Source: Klebsormidium nitens
Taxonomy: Eukaryota; Plantae; Klebsormidiophyceae
Direction of reading: 5' to 3'
NCBI GenBank assembly: GCA_000708835.1
Contig: DF237714.1
Coordinates: 1-35,067 of the forward strand
DNA length: 35,067 bases
Part shown: positions 11,587 through 22,400 of the stretch, in pieces
Layout of the letters: each line of letters opens with the position of its first letter
Position numbering within the stretch: position 1 is the first letter of the stretch
Notes under the pieces: model-generated
Told to the model about the DNA's origin: nothing
Databases searched by the model: none
Seen by the model: the letters and a program-made list of their open reading frames with translations, nothing else
Translations under genes and position numbers: made by a program

Positions 11587-12362
11587 TCGGACGCTTCCTT
11601 TTGTCGGACACCCCCTTTTCCGAAAGTCGAACATGCTCGTTTCAAGTCTCGGACAGGGGGGTCTGTGGCAGTTTCAGTGTAGTTTGGCCGTTAGATGTTC
11701 ACTACCGACGGTTTCAATGCCTTCATTTTGCCTAAAGGACCCCCAGCGGGTCTCTGAGGCCTCATTTATCTTGCCATAACATGTTGCGGGGGGTACTCTG
11801 GGCCCCCTGGAACCGCTGTGATAAAGCGGCGGGACAGTTATGAAAGGTTATTCGTTGCAATACGGTATCCTGGTGCATGGTTATTGATAGAAATCTTTGC
11901 CTAATAAAGCCCCATCTTATACTGCCAATACCTAGGATTTGGCTGTCGTATACCCCTCATATAGCCTGCATAAAGCCTTGTGAAATATTAGTAAGTGCAT
12001 GTTTCGAGAAGCGAAGTATTTGTTTAGCCAGAAGGCTTGGGATCATCTAGGAACATGCCAGAAGCACATCTGAAGCCTCCGTTGTACTTTCTATGGCCAT
12101 CTGACGGCCAAAAAGATTGTTATTGAGCTTGTCCGACCTCAGAAACAGGTGTCCGAGATTCGGAAATGGGTGTCCGAGAAATGGATTTCGTGCTGTTTTG
12201 AACTGCACCTTTTTGTGTAGATAACTGGGTCAAAACTGCATCGTTTTGGACCAGGTTTTGAGTGGCAAGTAGACCTTATCATGCAGATTCCGGCATTGTG
12301 TCGAGCACAAAAATTGGCCGTCATTTGACCCTTGATTTCCTTGACCGCGCTTAGGTGTCCGA
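11587..12362. mobile_element. Possible non-autonomous DNA transposon remnant with inverted TCGGACACC motifs
   Basis: 11604-11624 tcggacacccccttttccgaa is an imperfect inverted copy of 12159-12177 ttcggaaatgggtgtccga. Further GGTGTCCGAGA copies near 12148 and 12354. No TSD or transposase identified. Confidence 0.35.
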
Positions 12363-12853
12363 GAATTGGTGCTTTTACCTTACAACTTCATCTGCACTCC
12401 AAAAAGAAATGTGGCAAGAGCTTCAGCTAATTTTCCTGCCAGCGAGGACACTTTCCGTTTCTGGAAGATTTGCACTCTCATTACCTCATGTGAGTCGTGA
12501 GTAATTTCGAACAGTGATGTGATCAAGGTGCCCCAGGGCGGATTGTGAATTTATACAACCAACAATAAGAGCTGGTCAACTGTGTATATTATGGTTGTAC
12601 TACGATACACACAATGAGAAGTTCAAACCTTGCTCGTTCTTGCTGATATGATTCTTCGCAACCGGCAGTCTTCAAGAGAAACCATTCGCTTGGGTTTGTG
12701 TTTGATTTGTCAATATCAATGTGGGGTTCTAGGGCGTGGAACGTAGCAATGTTGTAGACTACTGGATTACCTTTGGCAACACATAATCTTTGAATCCTGA
12801 ACCCAACAAGCTCAAGTAGCAACCAAACGGTTGGCAACAGAACACCTCAAAGA

Positions 12854-15800
12854 CTAGTCATCGGCTCCATCAGCAAGGTCAGGTTCCGCATCGCCCATGA
12901 TCTGCACAAGTGAAAGATCCTAATTCAGCAAACAAGACTTTTCGAAAGCAAGCATGAAACTTGTGATTTGGAAAGTTTTTGACCCGACGACAGCGTTGGG
13001 TTTCAAACTACTCTAAGGGAGGCTCCAGGCCATTTACAACAACAAAAACAGCGGACCTTCGGACAGTAGTCGATGTTTCGTTTAGCCTTTAGCAGCAGAT
13101 AGTGGACCTGGAAGGCGTACTTCATTCTTCAATCAGCGTTCGCAGTATACCGAACCGAAGAGTTTCACAATAGACACAAACGAGATTTTCCTTGAAGACC
13201 TAAAAACATCTGCGAACAAACATACGCCGACTGTTTCAGCTACTCACATACGAGATCGACATTGCGGGGGTTCTGGCCAGCCCTTGTCCCCTCACCTGCT
13301 TGATCATGTCCTGCAGCTTCTCTGTCCCGACCTGACTCTGGCCGACGTCACCCATGACGTAGTGCGTCTCCGGCTCGTCGCCTGGGACTGCCACCTTCTC
13401 GATCAGCCTGCGCAAAAGGAGGTCACGTTACTTTGGCAAGAACTGACAGGATTTCGGACGCCTTCAAATAAAGACCAAAGGCTTCAGAGAAGAAATATTG
13501 CACGGTCAGGGACCGACTCATCTTGAATAGCGGTTATCTACCCAACCAGCCGAAGCAAACTGGTAAGGTGGGTCGTTTCGAGCGGGCAACTTCGATGTAA
13601 AACAGGAAACCCTGGCATGGCCTGAGGGCTTATCGAAACCGCTGACGTGATCTCGAAAGGGTCTAGGGCCCTTGACTACCTTCTCGCTTGATCAGCGCGA
13701 AACAGGATCTGTGTCAACCTTGAAACGGATGAAGAAGGATCTATGAACGGCCAATCGGCGGAATTGGGACCATTGGCGGGCATTCTTGGGACGTGCCAGA
13801 GCTTGATTTCAGATTTATTTGAAACAAACGTTAGGTTTGCCCCGAGGGAGCAGCATTTGTCAGGGCCAAACAGGCATACTTACCTCAACCGCCCACTGAA
13901 AAGATGGGACTCATTTTGTGGAACTTCAGACGGTCGAGAAACGATCGAAGGTGAGAATTTTGAAAGAAAGTCTCCAACGGAAACGCGCTCTGGAACGGTG
14001 AGAGAGAATCTCGAACAACATGAGTGATTTTGCAGATTGGCTGGCCCCGAGGGTTGGGACCTGACATCCGGTAGCTATCTGATGCATGAAAAGGGTGCAT
14101 GTGTAAGTTACAAGCAGCTCAAAGAAGACAGTGAAATTTGCGACAGTCAAAGAATCAGTGAAGTGGGAGGGAAGCGGCCGAACAATCAGGGTCGGGAGGC
14201 TCAGCTGCCACGCTGGCGAACTCAGTACACACAGCCGGTGGGCTCGAGATCACCAATCTTTTCTTCTGAGTCCCACGATGATTACAGGTATGTGCTGTCC
14301 GTAGCATTCGCCAAAATCATAGCAGTATGTGTAGGTTAAAGCACCGGCGATTCAGTTGAAACACGCGCCACGCCGCGCGAGCGGGGTCGCCGTCGATCCT
14401 CACCTTTGCTTGATCAGGGCCTGAATGGCAGCATCGACGTTGCCCAGGGCGGGGTGCGCGTCATCTTCAGCCTTGACACCAAGCTTCGAGAGATAGTTGT
14501 GGAGGGCCGCTGCGCAAAACCGCGGTGTCAATGAACGTGCAGCAGCCGCGGCCTCAAGCCAAACACGAGCCGCTAGGCGAAAGGGGTCGCCAACAGAATC
14601 GATCTGCGATTCCAATAAATTTGACAAGAACGACAATGCAGCGACTGCCGCTTGCGTGTGGAGATGACAAAATATACCAGTCTTCAGTAACAGCTTGATT
14701 CGAGCACTCGCCGGTTTTGTTTGGTAGAGGCCACAAAACGAATCCGTGCTGCCCAAAACCCACTGCAGTCAGTGCCTTCTATTCTGGACAGTAGAAGGCC
14801 CGTGCGTCGAGACTACGATCGCTTCAGCAATGCAGCGCCGATTCATGCAAGGACAATGAGTTGGGCGACCGAACATTCATCCATGTATCTTTGTGGTATT
14901 AGTCCTGATCAGTACAGCCATTTTAGCTACCTTTTCTACAGACGCGGATGGTCTTTTTTCGCGGACGATCTGCTACACGTTCGAAGAGTTTGTCCACTTT
15001 TAAGCAGACATCGCATTCGAGCGCTCACCCTCGCTAAGGGAGTCCTGAGCCAAGTGGATAAAGCACAGCGGCGAAGCCTTGAAAGGACGGTTGAGCTTGT
15101 TTTCGTTACTGCAACAGCCTCCTCAAAGCAAGATACTCGCTGTCGCATGAGGCGGCGCTCACCCTCGCTAAGCGAATCCTGCGCCAAGTGGATCAAGCAC
15201 AGGATGACGGCGCCAAAGCCCTTGAGCGACGCCGTCTTGGGGGGCTCCACGAAGCGCTGCCGGAGGTCCAGCGGGAGCAGGCTCTTGAGGAGGTACGTCT
15301 TGGCGCCCGTACCTTCCCCAGCTGGAAAAACATGTCGGAAGTTCAGGGGATGGGCTTTGTTGTGCTCCACGATTGGCTGCATGTTACGTTGCCTTCCCTG
15401 CTCGGGCACCTTAAACTCGCACCCAAGATGTTGCACGGCCAATATGCGATTCATTAGGTGCGAAATCTAAGTAAGTCGACGATATACCGTACTCTCCGCC
15501 TTCATGGTAGCTATCGAACACTTTGTCGAAAGGAACATCTTGGGTGTGTGGTTAAGGGGGCCGGGCTGTCCGCAAGTGCCTCCGAGCTTTCGTAATGAGT
15601 GTTCGTTCACACTTTGTGCATCTTCACCTATTTGGAGCAAGAGACGAGCAGAGAGGCTCATACACTATCTAGCTCTTTTCCTGTTAAAAGTGACGGTCAC
15701 AGAATCTGGCCCCTCACCTTGCGACGTTCTCGCTCAATGCGGACGGCAGAGAAGCTGCACTTCGTCTACTTTGCTTTCTTGCCGAAGCTTTCCAAAGGAT

Positions 15801-18222
15801 TCATAAGTCGAAATTATCTTGGGTCCAGAAAACTCATATCGGCATATTCCAAGCGTGTGGAAATGCACGTCCAACATCGACTTGTGCATAACTTCAGTGA
15901 CATCATAGCCCATTCCAAATTTGCATAAAGCCTTCCTCAACTCACGGTCTGCGCGCCTGGGCCCTTTCTTCCGCGCCACCCGCAGCTCCTCCTTCATCTC
16001 CATGCCAAAGATGCTCACAAACTTGGCCTGCGCGAGGGTGATGATGTGGCCCGCCGTGCCGCGCCGGTCCTTGTACGTCTTGTTTACCACGGCGAGAATG
16101 TCCTCCCGCTTTACTGGGACGCCGGGATTGCTCCCATTCTTGAACAGCATGAGGCGCATCACGTCTGCCACCAACTTGTCCCCTTCCTGCGGAGTGCAAA
16201 ATTGGAATAGTTACTCAGGACGTTGCTTGAAGTATAAGTCAAACTCCGTGTCTCAAGCAGAAGAGGCTCTTTCTTTTACAAAGGATCGGTAAGAGCACCC
16301 GTTTGTATCAGGATTGTCCAGGAGCATCGTCAGAAGCGTGCAAGAAGGACACGGTGGATCAGGCCTGCCAAACCTCAGGATTATATGCAATGGAAAAGTA
16401 GGAACAAAGATCGTGCATGGCAATGAACTGACTGGTGAGTCTGATTGAGACCTGGAGTATGTCAGCTGATGAGAAACTCCAGGACTCGGATGTTGTTGAC
16501 CTCAAGCATTAATCAGACCCCCATACTTGGTGCTCTGGTTTTCCTTGGAATCTCTTACTTCTGTGCAAAATTGTACTGCTGCCCTTCAGGTCTTCAAATG
16601 AGAACCTATTCCAACCCAGCTGCCATTCATGGTTCGTGAGAGTGACAGATGTCTCACCTCTGAAGTCAGCCCAAATGGCTCCAGCTCCACAGCCTCAGCT
16701 GCACTTGTGTAGCGCTGCGTCTGCAATATCAAAATTTAGAAGCCATAAGGACATAATACTTGTAAGACTCGCCCTAGGAACGGGTGGGTTGGTGTGTTAG
16801 TTAGAATGGTTTTGGATGCGGAAGTGTCACGTTTGTTGGCCAGGTTTTCTTCTTGATCAACGGCAATGGGTGCTTCTCATGTAATTGATCCTTGTAAGTG
16901 TTAGTTTAATTGGTATGTCATGATTGGAGTATCTCATCGCTGCAAGTTCATGAGATTGCTCATTGGCTATTCTCCCTTAATTCATTCCCCTCGACACCAA
17001 CTCTGACTTGTTGAATCCATGTATGCCACAAGCTTTTCAGCGTTACTAATGCGTGTGTACTGTCAAGTATTGCCGACCCACAGTTGGAGTGTTTCACACC
17101 AGGACCTGAAGCTTGATTACCCACAGGTAGCCATTCCTGCAGAGCGTTTGGCCCTTCGCAGAACAGACAAGGTTAACTTAGCCAACTTAGGCAATCAATT
17201 TTGCAAACGTTCACACCCACCAGCTCCTCAGCGGTTTCTTCCCCGCCCTCTCTTCCGGTGGCCCCTTCCTCCTGGCCCTCTTCCTGTTGTCCCCTCACTG
17301 GTTCTTCTTCCTCTTCATCCCTTTGGGCCCGCTTTCCTGCAAACAATACAATGAACATGCTTTCTTTCCAAACAAGCAGAAGGAGTTTAGGAACTGCAGG
17401 GGGGCATATCGAACCAAGAACACCAGTGCACAATCTTCCAGTAGAACATGATCCTTCTGATTGCAGAATGAAACAGGGACTCTGACCATTTTGTAAACCT
17501 CTTCTTCCGCGCCGAATATTTCTGCCCTCTTTAAAGAATCCTCTATTAACCTTTTGCAGCTTTTTGGGGGCATACTTTTGAGCCCGCTGTCCACTCAAAG
17601 CAGAGGCTCAGCACAAACCTACACTTCGCCCAGTCTTGTACTTCCACACAGTGGAATAGAGAAAACCCATTGCAGCCGCAGCATACAACAAGGAAGCCGA
17701 CAGGTAGGACGATGACAACAGCAGTGCCTTCTCTTAGAGTTTTGACCCGCACCTCGTCTGCTCTGCTTCTGTGTGGCCCTGGGCTGCGCCTCTTCTTCCT
17801 CCTGGACAAGACAGCAGGGCGGCAGAAATTTTGAAGGCATGCCACTTTCTGAGGTTCACTCAGCAATCTCAAAAGTGGCAGTTCTTCCTTTGCTGGACCA
17901 TATTTGAATCGTCTCCTGATGTTTGATGTATCAGCCCCCAGGAAAGCAAACGAGTATGAGCATGGTTACAGATACATCAGGATCACTCCAGAAGCTCAGG
18001 AAGTGACAATGAATTATACGGCCATCTTGACAACCTAATCAATGACAGCCATCTTGACAACCTAAATGCTTACTTGAGTTTGGTTGGTAGGTTCTGGAGG
18101 ACCTGCAGTGCTCATAACATTCAGGCAATTAACAGCTCTCATTGCCCCCCAAACGTCAGATTCGCACTTCTTACACAGCCTCTGCTCACCTCCTCCACCG
18201 CCGCACGTTTGCCCCTTGGCAT
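12854..18222 (-). CDS. NSE3: SMC5/6 complex subunit NSE3 (MAGE family), 9 exons, ~308 aa
   Basis: Exons 18222-18190, 17801-17753, 17336-17221, 16720-16658, 16186-15946, 15321-15163, 14509-14404, 13407-13296, 12901-12854; total 927 nt, phases consistent. The peptides DKLVADVMRLMLFK...PVKREDI, KTYLLKS, LHNYLSKLG...HPALGN and LIKQRLIEK match plant NSE3 as recalled. Confidence 0.9.
15021..15068 (-). repeat. Diverged copy of the NSE3 exon-6 3' end plus donor, inside intron 6
   Basis: 44/48 identical to 15155-15202 (offset 134 bp), including G|gtgagcgc. Confidence 0.92.
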
Positions 18223-19125
18223 GCTTAGAAACACTCAGCCAGCTGTGCGTGCTGCTTCTTGGAAACCTCGCAACTGCAACTGCTTGCGCGACCGTTCCAA
18301 GCAAACTAATGCAATGCGCCCAAGCCTCCTTGTCCCAATAGGTCAACTATTTTAAGCAGCGAAACAATCCTTGAGCCGTCACGTTGGGATGCTTGTCCTC
18401 TGACTCCTCTCTAACTCTGCGCGTCGAGCTACATGAGTTGAACACTTTGCAAGCTTCCTTGAGCTTTGGAGCTTTGGAACTTGAGCTTGAATCCACTGGC
18501 ACAAGCTTTGAAACTTGGATTTGCAAACGCAATGCAAGCTTCCAATTTTGAGTTTTTTCTCCCGCCAAAAAACCAGCCCCGGGCGTGCCCGGTGATGGTC
18601 TTGCTCGGTCAAACGATCCCTGCCGTCGGATATTCGGGGTCGCTGCGGCTACTGACCGTTCGATGATACGATGTGTGTCCAGATGGGCACCCGGAAAAGG
18701 GATCCCCGACCACACCACATGTAGGCGCAAAAATAGCATGAGCTGCCCTATCTACTGTAGAATTTAGAAAGGAGTGACTCTTGAGGCTAAGACTGAAGGG
18801 ATGCCCTCTGCAGCTCATGCTGTTTGTATCCTGGCCCGAATCTTACGGTATAAGCATCATGAATGATGCCCTCCTCTTGCAGGGGCCACTTTTCTGCAGC
18901 AAGAAAGCCCAAAAGCCAGAACAAAACCGAAGGCGTTGGGCATTCGCAGACCCAGGGATTCTAGGCTCTAGGGTACGAAGTGTGTGATAGCGGAAGAGCG
19001 ATTTGGTGTGCTACAAAGTGTTAGTGCCGTGTTATCACTAATACGCTCGCAACTGAGCTTGCTGATCAACTTGGTACAGTCACATTGAGGAAGAGCACCT
19101 TCAATAAGATCCAGCTTGCCAGCAT

Positions 19126-19175
19126 TGCAACCATGCTGTCTGTATCTGCAACCATGCTGTCTGTATCGGCAACCA
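19126..19175 (+). repeat. 21-bp tandem repeat (~2.4 units) in the NSE3/transporter intergenic region
   Basis: tgcaaccatgctgtctgtatc twice, followed by ggcaacca. Confidence 0.9.
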
Positions 19176-19457
19176 AGGTCATGAATTGTTGATAGGCCAA
19201 AGCTTTTGAACTTTGCACCCTGAGCATCCCAAGGAGAGTTGCAACACAATGTTTAGCGGAGCTTGGTAGCCAGGGATCCCCCGACCAGTGTCAGGCAGCT
19301 TTCCGCGAATCGTTTAAGAATTAGCCATGTGTTGCTGGCCATTGCTTTTTAATTGAAGGTTCGCAGCAAAAGTTGACTGCCTGAGATCGGACCGCTTACC
19401 GAATCCTGAAAACAAATTAGGGCTTCTGGAAGACCTTGTGTAATCAATCTGGCTGCA

Positions 19458-22400
19458 ATGGGGGGCGACAGCGAGCCTAAGCGAGGCGTGAACGGATTGC
19501 TCTCGAAGCTGACCCCAAAGGAACTCATGGGACTGGCGGCGGCGCTCCTGTGAGTGACCGGAACTTCCCGACTTTCGGGACAGCTCACATTTTGCTTATG
19601 CAGGATTGTGTAGTCAGTCAACGCTTTAAGAATGCAGGTTTTGCATTATTCTGCGGTTACATCATAGTGCAAAAAGACTAGCGTTTTAAGATTTTTGGAT
19701 CAAGTCTTTGAATTTTTGGAAGCCATGAATGCTTTTAGCAAAGCTTGGCACGCGCTTCAGTTGATAATGTGCGCACGCAAAAGCTCACATGTTGATAGCA
19801 TTATTCTTTGTCGCACCAGAGTAACAACATACGGTTCATTTTCAGAGATGGTATGTAAAAGGATTGACAGTTGCAGTTATCCCATCAACTATCTGGCGTA
19901 AAAGCTAATGGTGAAATGTGTAACATTCCATATTTGACATAACATAGGTGGCCAAAGTTACTGTGCCTTCTTGACTTTGATAGGCGGGCCTGCAGACCCC
20001 TGGCTGGGGCGTAAGAGATGAATGAGCTGTAACCCATTAGTTAGCCCAACCTGCTTCTGCCGGACACATCAAACCACAAATCAATTTTGCTATCCATCCC
20101 ACCAATTGGTCGTACACATCATTTAAGATACATCCTTGACGTTTACCCTACACGGTCTCCGCACAGGGTAAACTTAAGTGTCGAACACCCCTCCGCACAC
20201 TGGTAGAGTCGAGCTCTTCCTATCCATCTGTGCAGCTATGGAGCGATGTCAGTATCGATGGCGTTCGTGAACAAGGGCCTCCTCATGGAGTACCCGTTTC
20301 CAAACGTCGTCCTCACGCTCCAGATGGCTGCCACCGCTGCAATCATTGTGACGGGCCAGCGCCTGCGTTGGTTCAAGGTCAGCCGCTTCTGCTTCTCGGG
20401 GCCCTCATTAACGCTGAGCCTACTTGAGTCGCTCCGCATCGAAGCAAACCTCAGATGCTTTAAGATCAAGATAGTTCTGATATTCAGTTTCTTTTCCTTT
20501 CACGCTGCTAAGAGATTTGAGTGGTGTCTAGAGAACTTCATCGTCTGTGTTCACTTGTAGACCCGCAAAAAGGTGAGGGTGTGTCATCACTCTCGTTTCG
20601 ATCGGCCTCCCTCGATCTTGCCCCCCGCGCTTGCAGCTTAACACATACTTGTTTGGCCTTTATAACTTTTGAAAAGACCTGAAGTCAACTGACCGTTTCA
20701 CTGCACCGTCACCTCTGCTGAATTTTCACTTGCCCCACGTTTTGGAGATTTTGACTCCCTTTGAAGCAAGGGCTAGAAACAATCATCTTTCAAAAGCATT
20801 TAGCCTGCGTAAGCCGGAAGGTGCTAAATTGGAACTTGCGGACTCCATCCTTTCCTTAGACTGAGGTCGCAATGTTGAGGCATTGAAATGTTGCGATCTT
20901 ACCACAGTGTACCCGTTTTGAGTTCATGGAATGCCCAATGCAAGATTTTCATCTAGTGGGGATCTTCTCTATTCTAACATGTGTCCTTATCACACAGGTG
21001 CGGCCATGGGACAACCGGGTTGCCAAATCACTGCTTCCGCTTGTCTTTCTGTACAATGCAAACGGTAAGGGATGCTGCGATCTTGAAATCGTGCTGGTGT
21101 ATGGACCAGCCAGAATAAGAATCGACAAACAACTGGAAAGTATTTCAGACATCTCCTTTGATCATAAAGGATTGGCGTGATGGACTGGTCTTGTCCTCGG
21201 CCATTGACGCCGCAGTTGCATCCTTGCACAGCGTATCCAGATTTGCGCTTTCAAACGACCATCTTTTGTACGACCAGTTCTCAATAGGCACAAGGCTGCA
21301 CAGACTGCCTTTCTCTAGACATCATGCTGTTTGGTGAGGATTCGTCTCGAGGGGATCCCCTCTCAGCTTTTGTGTCGTCCCAGAGACTCACAGAAACTGT
21401 GCGTTGTCTGCAGTTGCGTTCGCCCTGGCAAGTCTACAAACGCTGAACATGTAAGTGGTCATCCCCAAAGGAAGTCGGCCCCCTCTCTCTGCTTTTACTT
21501 TGCCCAGGACCAGACTGGTGTTGATCTTGTGAACCCAGTTTGGAGAGTTCAAGGCGTAAGTTTACACGGCTTCTGTCAGTACTTTCCGCCATCTAGTTGC
21601 GCAGAGTCGCAGCTAGTCTAGATGTGCTGAGGTTGCAAAAATGAAGCTGGGACAGTTGTTACCAACCCCGCTACTGGGTAGAGTATTCGGAAATTCCGTT
21701 CTGAATCACTTGAGGCGTTTACTTCTACTGTGAAGAGCGGTTTACAAACCAAGAGCGCTGTGACGCTTCAAGAAAAAGGCGCACGCCTTGCCTTTCGAGC
21801 TCGGGTATTTTGTTTTTCGAAGCCTCCTGCCGAATACTGGCGGCATGTAGATCTCATTGCATAGTCGAGTTGACTATCTGCTTCCACATCCTGACGGACT
21901 TCAGTCGTTTGGGCGAGAGTAACGATGTAAAAGTCTGTTTTACTTGCGAGGATGTTCCGATCAATCGTGAACTGGGATGTAGTAGGTTCAGAGGTCCCAA
22001 ACTTATCAACCAGTGTAGTGATCTTCTGATAAGCCGCTTTCCTTTCGTGCAGTCCCATGTACGTGACGCTCAAGCGGCTGACCCCTGTCGTGGTCCTCTT
22101 CTTCTCGTTCCTGCGGGGAAAGGGCCGGCCCAGCCTGCAGGTTAGCACTAACCGGATTTCAGTCCCAAACTCGCTTGACGATCTGACCTGAAGTTTGCTT
22201 CGGAGAGACCGGCCAGCATGCAGGTCAACTATAGTGAGGTTCAGAACGCGGGTTAGGCGTGCCTGCGATTTGCCGATGTCTGCCTGGGCGACTGGTTAAG
22301 TTTTAACAGGCTCGAAACCCCAGTTTTGCTTGCAGTCAGCTCTGGCCACGTGGGCGTCGAGTTGGAGCGTAGTTCAGTAGGGACGAGAGAGATAGCTGCT

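Noticed and set aside
11241-11735. 164-aa plus-strand ORF
   Set aside because: TTG start, no recognisable motif, and it overlaps repeat-like sequence. Not supportable as a gene, though not excluded.
14721-15470. 249-aa plus-strand ORF
   Set aside because: It lies antisense to NSE3 exon 6 and its introns and shows no protein-like features.
15718-15754. Possible 37-nt NSE3 micro-exon with cag and gtgagg borders
   Set aside because: It breaks phase; direct splicing of 15946 to 15321 keeps the frame and matches the homologue length.
18021-18065. 18-bp direct repeat (gccatcttgacaacctaa x2); also a similar ~27-bp pair at 4029 and 4171
   Set aside because: Ordinary short intronic duplications with no link to splice sites or other structure.
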